A DNA stretch of 64,000 nt from the human T2T-CHM13v2.0 reference genome, Homo sapiens, in assembly GCF_009914755.1 (NCBI RefSeq), contig NC_060930.1, one strand, 5' to 3'. Below are positions 41,514-55,210 of the stretch, in pieces. Both the position numbers and the translations under genes were made by a program. How positions within the stretch are numbered: the first letter of the stretch is position 1; the number at the start of each line of letters is the position of its first letter. The notes under the pieces are model-generated. The model worked only from the letters and a program-made list of their open reading frames with translations, was not told the origin of the DNA and ran no database searches.

Positions 41514-41740
41514 AACATTAAGTGTTCCACTGAGGACTGAATTTTGCTTACATTATGGACCCTGAAACTCTTATAAATGGCTATATGGCCCTCACTAAGT
41601 TGTATAGAAGGAAGCTCAGATTTGAATCTGTGACCCCACACATGGAATTTGTGTGCTCACTACTCCAGATTCTTACTACTACTCTACCCTTCTTTTCCTT
41701 GTATTTCTTTATTTTCTCTTGTTGAATTGTGTATATTGTA
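41451..41740. repeat. Left arm of a 290-bp inverted repeat (source copy)
   Basis: Reverse complement of 43678-43967; 2 mismatches by manual alignment. Confidence 0.97.
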
Positions 41741-43677
41741 TGGTCACCTAAATTAATTTTAATAAGAGTGTAAATACATATTCAAACTAAGTATTTTATC
41801 TTCATTTTTAAATCCTTTAAATATTCCAAAAATATTACGATTGAAACTCTACTAAATCCAAATTATGACTCAAATTAAATGGGTTAATAAAATAAAGTTT
41901 ATTGCATCTGCACCCAAATTTCACTGAATTCTTCTTACTCTGCACTGACCCATAAAACTTCACCAGAGAAGAGCAAAAATGGCAAATGAATCCTGCTCCA
42001 TCAACTGAGGTATGCAGATTATCTCACTGGGACTGACTAGGCAGTTGGTGAGACCCACACAGAGCAAGGAAAAGCAGGGTGGAGTGATGACCCAGGAGCC
42101 ACATGGGATAAGGAGAACTCCCACACCCAGCCAAGGGAGGTGGTGAGTGACTGTGCTACCCCACCCAGGAAACAATGTTTTTTCACGGATCTGTGCATCC
42201 TACGGACCAGGAAATCCCCTCGTTAGCCCACCCCACCAGGGCCTTGGGTCTCAAGCACAGAGCTGTGCAACCTGCTTGGGCTGCAGCCAGCAGCAGCAGG
42301 CTGGACACTGTCTAAGGCTACTGAGTTCCCAGGCAGAGGGGTGGCCGCCATCACTGTGGCTCCAATCAGCCATTTTTCTCTGCTGGTATCAGGAAGACTG
42401 GGCAGTTTGGACTGAGAGGAATTCCCCACAGTGCAGCACAGTGGCTATGGCAGATCATGGCCAGACTGCTTCACTAGGTGGGACCCGGATCCATCCCTCC
42501 TCACCAGGAGGGTCCTCCCTGCAGGAATTGCAGCAACTCCAGCCACAGGTTTATGGAAAGAACTCTGATATCCTGGAAAGGAGCCCCAACACGAGAACTT
42601 CACAATGCAACCATTGTGTCAATAGCTGAATAGACCAAGTGGAGCAAAGGATCTCAGAGCTTGAAGACTATCTTGCTGAAACAAGACAGGCAGACAAAAT
42701 TAGAGAAAAAAGAATGAAGAGGAATGAACATAACCTCCGAGAACTATGGGATTATGTAAAAAGATCAAACCTATGACTGATTGGGGTACCTGAAAAAGAT
42801 GAGGAGAATGGAAACAAATTGGAAAACGTACTTCATGATATCATCCAGGAGAAGTTCCTCAACCTAGCAAGACAGGCCAACATTCAAATTGAAGAAATCC
42901 AGAGAACCCCAGCAAGATACTCCATAAGAAGATCAACCCCAAGACACACAACCTTCAGATTCTCCAAGGTCAAAATGAAGGAAAAAATGTTAAGGGGAGC
43001 CACAGAGAAAGGCCAAGTCACCTACAAAGGGAGGCCCATGAGGCTAACACCGGGCCACTCAGTAGAAACCCTACAAACCAGAAGAGATTGGGGGCTGCCA
43101 ATATTTGACATTCTTAAAGAAAATAATTTCCAACCTGGAATTTCATATTTGGCAAAATTAAGCTTCATAAGCAAAGGAAAAATAAAATCCTTTTCAGACA
43201 GGCAAATGCTGAGGGAATTCATCACCATCAGGCCTGCTTTACAAAAGCTCCTGAAAGAAGCACTAAATATGATAAAGAAAAAACATTACCAGCCACTACA
43301 AAAATACACTGAAGTACACAGAACAATGACACTATGAAGCAGCTACATTAACAAGTCTGCAAAATAGCCAGCCAGCATTATGACAGGATCAAATTCACAC
43401 ATAACAATATTAACCTTAAATGTAAATGGGATAAATGCCCCAATTAAAAGACACAGAATGGCAAGCTGTATAAAAACACAAGACCCATCAGTGTGCTACA
43501 TTCAAGAGACCCATCTCATGTGCAAAGACAAGCATAGGCTCAAAATAAATGAATGGACGAAAATTTACGAAGCAAATGGAAAGCAGAAAAAAACAGAAGT
43601 TGCAATCCTAGTTTCTGACAAAACAAACTTTAAATCAACAAACTTTAAATCAAAATTTGTTTCTGACAAAAAAATTT

Positions 43678-43967
43678 TACAATATACACAATTCAACAAG
43701 AGAAAATAAAGAAATACAAGGAAAAGAAGGGTAGAGTAGTAGTAAGAATCTGGAGTAGTAAGCACACAAATTCCATGTGTGGGGTCACAGATTCAAATCT
43801 GAGCTTCCTTCTATACAACTTAGTGAGGGCCATATAGCCATTTATAAGAGTTTCAGGGTCCATAATGTAAGCAAAATTCAGTCCTCAGTGGAACACTTAA
43901 TGTTAAACACCATCCAAAAGTCAGCAGCCTCAAAGATCGAAGGTAGATAAATCCATGAAGATGAGAA
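43678..43967. repeat. Right arm of the 290-bp inverted repeat, inserted in L1 ORF2
   Basis: Interrupts the ORF2 endonuclease region between ...SDKTNFK and EGYYIMVKG... Confidence 0.97.
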
Positions 43968-44659
43968 GGGTAGAAGGGTATTACATAATGGTAAAGGGTT
44001 CAATTCAACAAGAGGAGCTAACTATCCTAAATATACATGCACCCAATACAGGATCACCCAGTTTCATAAAACAAGTTTTCAGAGACCTACAAAGAGACTT
44101 AGACTCCCACACAGTAATAGTGGGAGGCTTTAACACTCCACTGTCAATATTAGATCATCTAAACAAAAAATTAACAAAGATATTCAGGACTTGAACTCAG
44201 CTCTGGATCAAGTGATCCTGATAAATGTCTACAGAACTCTCCATCCAAAAACAACAGAATATACATTCTTCTTGGCACCACATGGCACTGACTCTAAAAT
44301 TGATCACATAATTGGAAGTGAAACACTCCTCAGCAAATATAAAATTACTGAAATCATAACAAACAGTCTCTCAGATGACAGCACATCAAACTCAAGATTA
44401 AGAACTCAAGATTAAGAAACTCACTCAAAACCACACAACTACATGGAAATTGAACAACCTGCACCTCAATGACTCCTGGGTAAATAATGAAATTAAGGCA
44501 GAAATCAAGAAGTTCTTTGAAACCAATGAGAACAAAAAGACAACATACCAGCATCTCTGGGATGCAGCTAAAGCAGTGTTAAGAGGGAAATTTATAGTAC
44601 TAAGTGCCCACATCAAAAAGCTAGAAAGATCTCAAATCAACATCCTAACATTACAACTA

Positions 44660-44980
<321 letters not shown>

Positions 44981-46082
44981 GAACCAGAGAATCAACAGCA
45001 AACAAACGCCAAAGCTAGCAGAAGGAAAGAAATAACCAAGATCAGAGTGGAACTGAAGGAGATAGAGACCAAAAAAAAAAAAACTTCAAAAAATTAACAA
45101 ATCCAGGAGCTGTTTTTTTGAAAAAAATAATAAAATACATGGAGCACTAGCTAGAATAATAAAGAAGAAAAGAAAGAATAACCTAATAGACACAGTAAAA
45201 AATGATAAAGGGGATATCAACACTGACCCCACAATAAATAGAAACAACCATCAGAGCATACTATAAACACCTCTATGCAAATAAACTAGAAAATCTAGAA
45301 GAAATGGATAAATTCCTAGACACATACACCCTCCCAAGACTGAACCAGGAAAAAGTTGAATCCCTGAATAGACCAAAAATGAGTTCTGATATTGAGGCAA
45401 TAATAAATAGCCTACTAATCAAAAAAGCTTAGGACCAGACAGACTTACAGCTGAATTCCACCAGAAGTAAAAGAGGAGGTGGTACCATTTGAAACTATTC
45501 CAAACAATTAAAAAGGAGGGACTTCTCCCTAACTCATTTTATGAGGCCAGCATCATCCTAATATCAAAACCTGGCAGAGATATAACACAAAAAGAAAATT
45601 TCAGGCCAATATCCCTGATGAACATTGATGTGAAAATTCTCAATAAAATACTGGCAAATCCAGCAGCACATCAAAAAGCTTATCCATTATGATCAAGTTG
45701 GTTTCATCCCTGGGATGCAAGATTGGTTCAATATACACAAATAATAAATGTGATTCATTAGATAAACAAAACTAAAGACAAAAACCACATGATTATCTCA
45801 ATAGACAGAAAAGGCCTTAGATAAAATTCAACAACCCTTCATGATAAAAACTATCAACAAACTAGGTATTAAAGGAACATACTTCAAAATAATAAGAGCC
45901 ATTTATTACAAACCCACAGCCAATATCATACTGAAGGGGCAAAATCTGGAAGCATTCCCCTTGAAAACAGTACAAGACAAGGATGTCCTCTCTCAACACT
46001 ACTATTCAACATAACAATGGAAGTTCTAGCCAGGGCAATCAGGCAAGAGAAAGAAATAAAGGGTATTCAAACAGAAAGAGAG

Positions 46083-46901
46083 TATGCAGCCAACAGACAC
46101 ATGAAAAAATGCTCATCATCACTGGCCATCAGAGAAATGCAAATCAAAACTACAATGAGATACCATCTCACACCAGTTAGAATGGTGATCATTAAAAAGT
46201 CAGGAAAAAACAGGTGCTGGAGAGGATGTGGAGAAATAGGAACACTTTTACACTGTTGGTGGGACTGTAAACTAGTTCAACCATTGTGGAAGTAGTGTGG
46301 CGATTCCTCAGGGATCTAGAACTAGAAATACCATTTGACCCAGCCATCCCATTACTGGGTATATACCCAAAGGATTATAAATCATGCTGCTATAAAGACA
46401 CATGCACACGTATGTTTATTGCGGCACTATTCACAATAGCAAAGACTTGGAATCAACCCAAATGTCCAACAATGATAGACTGGATTAAGAAAATATGGCA
46501 CATATACACCATGGAATCCTACGCAGCCATAAAAAATGATGAGTTCATGTCCTTTGTAGGGACATGGATGAAGCTGGAAACCATCATTCTCAGCAAACTA
46601 TCGCAAGGACAAAAAAACCAAACACTGCATGTTCTCACTCACAGGTAGGAATTGAACAATGAGAACACTTGGACACAGGAAGGGGAACATCACACACCGG
46701 GGCCTGTTGTGTGGTGGGGGGAGAGGGGAGGGATAGCATTAGGAGATATACCTAATGTAAATGATGAGTTAATCTGTGCAGCACACCAACATGGCACATG
46801 TATACATATGTAACAAAACTGCACTTTGTGCACATGTACCCTAGAACTTAAAGTATAATAGAAATATATATATATATAAAACAATTCATGAACTAGAAAA
46901 A
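46083..46901 (+). mobile_element. Younger 5'-truncated L1PA (L1PA3-5-like) nested in the older L1
   Basis: Abrupt jump to the ORF2 C-terminus and 3'UTR ('ctatcgcaaggacaaaaaa'); host L1 resumes afterwards; imperfect TSD aaacagaaagagag (46069-46082) / aaataggaagagtg (46902-46915). Confidence 0.9.
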
Positions 46902-49037
46902 AAATAGGAAGAGTGGAAATCAAATTGCCTTTGTTTGTAGATGACATAATCCTATACCTAGAGGACCCCACTGTCTCAGCCCAAAAGTTTCTTAAGCTGA
47001 TAAGCAAATTCAGCAAAGTCTCAGGATACAAAATCAATGTGCAAAAGTCACAAGCATTCCTATACATCAACAACAGACAAAGAGAATAAAATACTTAGGG
47101 ATACAGCTAACAAAGGAAGTGAAGGACCTTTTCAAGGAGAACTACAAACCACTGCTCAAGGAAATCAGAGAGGACACAAACAAATGGAAAAACATTCCAT
47201 GCTTATGGATAGGAAGAATCAACATCATGAAAATGGCCATACTGCCCAAAGTAATTTATAGATTCAATACCATTCTCACTAAACTACCATTGACATTCTT
47301 CATAGAATTAGAAAAAACTACTTTGAAATGAATATGAAACCAAAAATGAGCCCATATAGCCAAGACAATCCTAAGCAAAAAGAACAAAGCTGGAGGCATC
47401 ATGCTATTGGACTTCAAACTATACTACAAGGCTACAGTAACCAAAACAGCATAGTACTGGTACAAACACAGGCACACAGACAAATGAAACAGAATAGAGA
47501 ATGCAGAAATAAGACTGCAAGTCTACAACGATCTGATCTTTGACAAACTTGACCATAAAAAGCAATGAGAAAAGGACTCCCTATTTAATAAATGGTGCTG
47601 GGATAACAAACTGGCCATATGCAGAAAATTGAAACTAGACCCCTTCCTTACACCTTATACAAAAATTAACTCAACATGGATTAAAGACTTAAATGTAAAA
47701 CCCCAAGCTATAAAAACTCTAGAAGAAAATCTAGGCAATACCATTCAGGACACAGGCATGAGCAAAGATTTCTTGACGAAAATGGAAAAAGCAATTGCAA
47801 TAAAAGCAAAAATTGACAAATGGGATCTAATTAAAATAAGGAGCTTCTGCAAAGCAAAAGAAACTATCATCAGAGTGAAGAGACAACCTACAATGGGAGA
47901 AAACTTTTACAATCTATCCATCTGACAAAGCTCTAATATCCAGAATCTACATGGAACTTAAAATACAAGAAAAAAAAAACAACCCAATTAAAAAGTGGAC
48001 AAAGGACATAAACAGACACTTCTCAACAGAATACATTTATGCAGCCAGAAAACATATGAAAAAAATTTCAACATCACTGATCATCAGAGAAATGCAAATC
48101 AAACCCACAGTGAGATACTATCTCACAACAGTAAGAATGTCGATTATTAAGAAGTCAAGAAACAACAGATGCTGTTGAGGCTGCAGAGAAACAAAGTGGA
48201 TCTTTTGCTGCACTTGATCTATTCAGCTATTGATACTAGTGGTTTTATACTGTTGGTGAGAATATAAATTAGTTCAACCATTGTGGAAGACAGTGTGGCA
48301 ATTCCTCAAAGACCTAGAACCAGAAATACCATCTGACCAAGCAATCCCATTACTGGGTATATACCCAAAGGAATATAAATCATTCTGTTATAAAGATACA
48401 CACACGTATATGTTTATTGCAGCACTACTCACAATAGCAAAGTCATGGAATCAATCCAAATTTCCATCAATGATACACTGGATAAAGAAAATGTGGTACA
48501 TATACACCATGGAATATTATGCAGCCATAAAAAGGAATGGATCATGTCCTTTGCAGGGACATGGATGGAGCTGGAAGCCATCATTCTCAGCAAACTAATG
48601 GAGGAACAGAAAACCAAACACTTCTCACTTGTAAGTGGAGGCTGAACAATGAGAACACATGGACACAGGGAGGAGATCAACACATACTGGGGCCTATGGG
48701 AGGTGGGGTGTGCGGGGAGGGAAAGCATTAGGAAAAATAGCTAATGCATGCTGGGCTTAATACCTAGGTGATGGGTTGATAGATGCAGCAAACCACCATG
48801 GCACACGTTTTCCTATGTAACAAACCTGCACATCCTGCATATGTACCCCAGAACTTAAAATAAAATGAGAAAAAATTGAAAATGAAAATTTGTATCTCTG
48901 TTAAGGGAAGGGTCAAGGCATATCAGAATTATTTTTAGCTTATGGCAATTGTCTGACATGCTAATTGCTACCTGGTTAAATCAAACTTCTTAAAGATGAT
49001 TTTTTTTTTACTAATAAAAAAATCATTTTATTTATGT

Positions 49038-49146
49038 TTTATTTGAAGTTAAACAGACATGGAGCTTTTAAATTAAAGTTGTTTATTTGAAGTCTGTTTA
49101 TTTGAAGCTAAACAGACATGGAGCTTTTAAATTAAAGTTGAAGTTG
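49038..49146. repeat. Complex tandem duplication (two ~44-bp units with a templated linker)
   Basis: tttatttgaag(t/c)taaacagacatggagcttttaaattaaagttg x2, separated by tttatttgaagtctg. Confidence 0.9.
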
Positions 49147-49212
49147 ATACTCAAAACATAATCTTCCTAGAAATTTTTGGGCCCCTATTGCTGCAATCAA
49201 ATTACCCAAAGA

Positions 49213-49513
49213 GGCTGGGCGTGGTGGCTCATGCCTGTAATCCCAGCACTTTGGGAGGCTGAGGCTGGCAGATCACTTGAGGCCAGGAATTCAAGACCAG
49301 GCTGGCCAACATGGCAAAACCCTATCTCTACTAAAAATACAAAAAATTAGCCAGGCATGTTGGTGCACACCTATAATCTCAGCTACTCAGGAGGCTGAAG
49401 CATGAGAATCATTCAAACCCAGGAAGCAGAGGATGCAGTGAGCCTAGATCGTACCACTGCACTCTAGCCTGAGCAACATGGTTAAGACACTGTCTCAAAC
49501 AAGTAAAAAAATA
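49213..49513 (+). mobile_element. AluS
   Basis: Full dimer; TSD aaat(t/c)acccaaaga. Confidence 0.92.
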
Positions 49514-51029
49514 AAATCACCCAAAGAGCTAACTAAAATTACCTGAAACATTATTTTAAAATATTATTTTTTACAGAACAGAAAACTTATTATTATATAA
49601 AAAAAATCCAAATGTACTCTAAATCATATCACTGGTATCCTTTTTCTATTCACCTTCAGTGAATTCCTTATACAGAACTATCTAGTATAATGGAGAGAGT
49701 TTCCCTCTGTTCTCAAACTTCTCTCTATATCACTCCACTCATGGAAGGCTGCCAGTATATTCCACTTAGGAAAAGTGTATTATACAAAATGAAAACTTAG
49801 CTCATTGTGATTTTAAAAAACCAAAACTAAGATAACACAAATGCATATATCTATCTTAAGAATAAAAGCAAAAAGTTTTCTTCCTCTTGTTTTGTCTATT
49901 TGTTCATTTGTTTTTATTCTGTTTCTGATCTTGTTTTCGGTGGGACTGTGAGCAACTCAGTATTTACTCTCCCTAAGCCTTGGATCACTGTATACTTAGA
50001 CAAGCTGAGTTGAGTTACCTTGAGAAAAATTGGACTTTAGACTTTTGGATTATTTTTAACCTCAGAAAACGACAGTGTTCCTGGAGTCTAAATTTACTAT
50101 ACCTGGAGGAGCTAATTTTCATCTGTGCTTTGAACTTATACAGAAGCCACACCCACCTTTATCTATCTGCCTTATAGGTTAATTTGCCACAGGATGTTCT
50201 GTCTGGTCCTCTCTGGTATTATTTAGCTGATAAAAACTGCTTGGAAATGTTGCGACTACCCACATTTTACCTTTATTATATTGAATCCAAATTGATTCAG
50301 ATCATCCCAGCTCTCTCTTTCTCTTTTTGCCTCTGAAATTTGATTTTGCTGTTGCCAAGAATGAACTGTTCCTTAGGGAAACTGGTAAAAATTCTGATTG
50401 TATGTCACCTTGAACATAAGTGTCAGGTAATTTTAGTTTTTCCTCAATTTAAAATCACTGTTTTATCTTCTTATGTATCTTTGAAGGGAGGTAGGGAGAA
50501 GAATTGATCCTTATAAAGTCATTTACCACTCACACTTTCAACTATAGCATATCTACTAACAAGGAATTAAGCTATCCCCAATCAGCAAGAATTAGTATTT
50601 AATAGAGCTATCAAAAACAAAAAGTATATGCCACACTGATAATAAATAAATCAGTATACCTAAGAGTTAAATTTTCATTTCAAAAGAAAAACACCAGTCC
50701 TGATTTTCTGGGTTGGGATTAAAATCTTAGATCTTTCTGGTTTTCATCTAATTTCTGGGGCCCTTGTGAACCATTACTTTATTACCTGCAGCCAAAAAAT
50801 CTCCCCTAAGGCTGTTCTCCAGGTACGGTTTCTTGCAAAGGGCACAAAGAACAAATTTCAAGTTACTATAATAAGCATAAGAAAAAATGCCCTGCTTAAA
50901 AAAAAAAAAAAAAAGAAAGAAAAAGAAATCTTAAATTTCAAACTGGTAAGCTAGATGCCTTAACACATTCTTCCCATTGCCTAAGTCACTTCATCAACCA
51001 CTCTTCTCCCTCTCCCTCTTTCTTCTCCT

Positions 51030-51280
51030 TCTCCTTCTTCTTCTTCTTCTTTTCGTCCACAAGGTCTTGCTCTGTCACTCAGGCTGAAGTACAGTGGCGC
51101 AATCTCGGCTCACTGCAACCTCTGCCTCCTGGGTCAAGCAATCCTCCCACGTCACCCTCCCAAGTAGCTGGGATTACAAGCATGTGCCACCACCACAACC
51201 GGCTAATTTTCATGCTTTTTTTTGTTTGTTTTCATTTTTGTTTTTTGGTAGAGATGAGGTTAAGCCATGTTGTGCAGGCT
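51030..51280 (-). mobile_element. Partial AluJ with CT/CTT-rich tail
   Basis: Reverse right monomer plus part of the left monomer. Confidence 0.85.
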
Positions 51281-51392
51281 ATCTACTATTTTCTTCTTAT
51301 GCCCCAAATTTGGAGACATAAAGTGAACAGTCAAAGGGGAAACAGTTAAAGTTTCAAATTTACATTTTTAAAAAGTATTGAATAAAACTCTG

Positions 51393-52070
<678 letters not shown>

Positions 52071-52604
52071 CCTCTGTGAGAAACATTTAACCAGAGCAGA
52101 AATGCAAAGAAATCAGCTATGGTATATAGTTATTAAGAAGAATGAGTTGTATCCAGGTAGACCAACCTATAAAAACAGCCATGAGCTATTAATTTGAAGA
52201 CAAAACAAAGATATTGTGCAACAATATATACACCATGACCCGATTTTTGTAAAATGAATAAACAAGTAAACAAAACTAAACACAATAGAAGTTTGTAAAT
52301 CTCTATGAGCCCAGAGGAAAATACACAGGTACATCCAGCCAAAGGTTAGCATTAGCTACCTCAGGAAAGCATAATTAGAAAGAAGAAAGTAGAGATTAAA
52401 GTTCTCTGTCATATTTCTGTATTGCTTTGACTTTTGAAAATAAATTTTATTATCTTATAATTAAGCAAAACAAAAACGTAAGGGATAAAATGTAAACTAA
52501 GGAAGACACATACATCATACATGAGAAATAATTTTTGATTCAATTCAGTAAGTATTTGTTCAGTGTATGGACTGATTAGATATATATTAGATATGGTGCA
52601 CTTT

Positions 52605-53010
52605 GCCAAAGTAATAGAAAACCTGATTCAAACTGGCTTAAACAAGGACATTTATTGGCACACATAACCAGAAGTCAGCCGTGATGTGGGTTTCAGGAGT
52701 GACACCTGTGCATTGATTTCATCCTCAGTCCAAAGGAAAAAGAGGCAGAGTTCTGAGATATAGTCTCCATGTCCAGAATATGAGTGACCTCCTTTTTGGA
52801 AGGTAGCCCAGGAGATGAAGGAAATGCTTTCAGGAAATCTTTCCTTGTGCTTCATCAGCTCAAATTGTATCATGCACCTAATCATGATAAACTCATTGGC
52901 AAAAAAAAAAGAAAATTTAGATCAATCAACTACTGTTAGAGTGGGGTGTGAGGATGGCCTCTTCTGAGGACCACAGGGATGAATATCTGAACAAATTTCC
53001 ATTAACAAAG
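52605..53010. mobile_element. Old MLT1 LTR remnant
   Basis: 'agtaatagaaaacctgattcaaactggcttaaacaag...tttattggcacacataac'. Confidence 0.55.
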
Positions 53011-53263
53011 AGAAAGAAGAAATTGTGGCTATGGTCAAACAACAGTGAACAATGGTGGCATGTCTTTACCCTAACAGTGTTTACACTGTTGCAGAAGGCA
53101 AGCAATAAAAAGAAATTCTAATTGTGAAGAGTGTTATGAAAAGGCAAGTATATACAGTGCTATGCTTTCAGAACAGATAGCGAGGATTTACCATTGACAA
53201 GTGGGGTTGCGGAAGCTTACAGAAGACCATCCTGAGGAATGTTTAAGACCTGAGGAAGAGAGA

Positions 53264-53523
53264 GAAACTCTACTAAATCCAAATTTATGATTTAAATTAA
53301 ATAAATAAAATAAAGTTTACTTCATTTGTACCAGAATTTCACTGAATTCTTCTCACTCTGCACTGACCCATAAAACTTCACTAGAAACTTGTGATTATTT
53401 GTATCTCTGTTAAGGGAAGGGTCAAGGCACATCAGAATTCTTTTCAGCTCATGGCAATTGTCTGACATGCTAGTTGCTACCTGGTTAAGTCAAACTGCTT
53501 AAAGATGAATTTTTTACTAATAA
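53264..53523 (+). repeat. 260-bp direct paralog of the joined L1 flanks (41843-41967 + 48888-49017)
   Basis: Manual alignment, roughly 90% identical; contiguous across the position occupied by the L1 in the other copy. Confidence 0.95.
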
Positions 53524-53619
53524 CGTATGAAGACAGGAAGGCCAGTGGGTGTGATATGTTTAAAGAACTGAAAGCAATGCCGATGGCCAGAGCCTAGAGA
53601 AACCAATGCTAAGGTTACA

Positions 53620-54630
53620 TCTGCTGTATGTTAGGAAAACTCCCATAAATTATCAAGGAAAAGACAAATGCCCCGACAGAAAAATGGGAAAAGTAGTTCA
53701 CAAGAAATAGAAAAAGGAAATAAACATGTAATATTGCTTGGTCTACTAACAATAAAAGAAAAGCATTTTGAAATACGTTCCATTTTTCATTTACCAAAAT
53801 AAAAATTAAAAACTAATTCTGGAGTTCAGTCTTCAATTAGGACATAGGCATTTGCTACAATGAATATAAATTCATACAACTTTTCTAAACAGCAATTTGA
53901 CAATAAGTCCAAAATTTCAAAAATGACTGACTGCCTTCTGAACCTCACAATTCAACCCCTTGGAATTTATCTCAAACAAACAAACGAAACAACAAAACCC
54001 ACAAATGTGAGTAAATATGTTCAGGGATGTTCATCACAGCATTTTATGTAATATTGTAAAGCAATACTGGATGGAATTGTTACTGAGTGAAAAGCAAATT
54101 AAAATAGTATTAGAATCTGACTTCTCAGCCAAGCACAGTGGCTTACACCTGTAATCTCAGCACTTTGGGAGGCTGAGGCAGGAGAATCACTTGAGGCCAG
54201 GAGTTTGAGACCAGTATGGACAACATAGCAAGAACCTGTTTCTACAAAAAAATAAAATATATATAGCTGGGCATGGGGGTGTGCGGCTGTAGTCATAGCT
54301 ACTTACTTGGGAAGCTGAGGTGGGAAGATGGCTTAAGCCCAGAGTTTCAGGCTACAGTGAGCTATGATTGCACCATTTCACTCCAGCCTGGGCAACAGAG
54401 TGAGACCCTGTCTCTTTAATAATAATAAGAAGAAAGAATTTGATTTCTGTTTTATATAGCAATGATACACATTCACAAAAAAAGAGAAATATTTATAGGT
54501 TATTCATAGGTTAGTTGAGGATATTTATAGGTTAGTTGTCAGTGGATTTTTTTTTTAATATTTTGTGCTTTGCAACATCTTTCAGATTTTCTATATAATA
54601 TAAATGTTTTCATTTTATAATAAGAACGGA
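53620..54630 (+). mobile_element. Old L1M 3' remnant split by an Alu
   Basis: 'ataaattatcaaggaaaagacaaatg', 'ggaatttatctc', 'cagggatgttcatcacagcatt'. Confidence 0.6.
54127..54432 (+). mobile_element. AluJ
   Basis: Full dimer; TSD agaat(c/t)tga(c/t)ttct. Confidence 0.9.
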
Positions 54631-55029
54631 GACGTTTTTAAAAAGAAAAGCCAAATCAGCCCTTTTTGGAGGGACTTATCTCAGTAATCAAGGCAAAACT
54701 ATAATTTTCCTTTATTTTTCACATCACTATATCAATTCCCAGCTTCTCAATACAGAGAGGGCTTAGACACAGTGAACTCAAATTATCATGGTGAAAAAAG
54801 GAAATAAGACCTGTCATATAATAATAGGGTAAGATATCCACATCTTGTCATTTTTCCTTTAAAGCAAATATTTATTTTATTATCACATTATTGGAAAATG
54901 AGAAAGAATTGGGAGGAAAATTTATTAGTTCCATTGCAGCAACTGCTGACGAGATGAACAAATAAGCTATCATATGGGATACAAGTCCATCCTCATTATT
55001 TATCATTCTAACTACCATTAACAGAATGA

Positions 55030-55210
55030 GATCTGTCTGCCAGGTGCCTTACAAACTTCATTTTATTTCCAAATCTCGGAAGAACAATGAAGGATATGTT
55101 GTCTTTTCTTTCTTTCACAGATGAGAAAACAAAGGCTCAGAGTAAACAACTGGCCAAGTCAAAACTTGACCCCACATCTGCTGCAATTCAAAGCTTATGT
55201 TCCTTCCTCC
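55030..55210 (-). mobile_element. MIR
   Basis: 'cacagatgagaaaacaaaggctcagag'. Confidence 0.6.
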
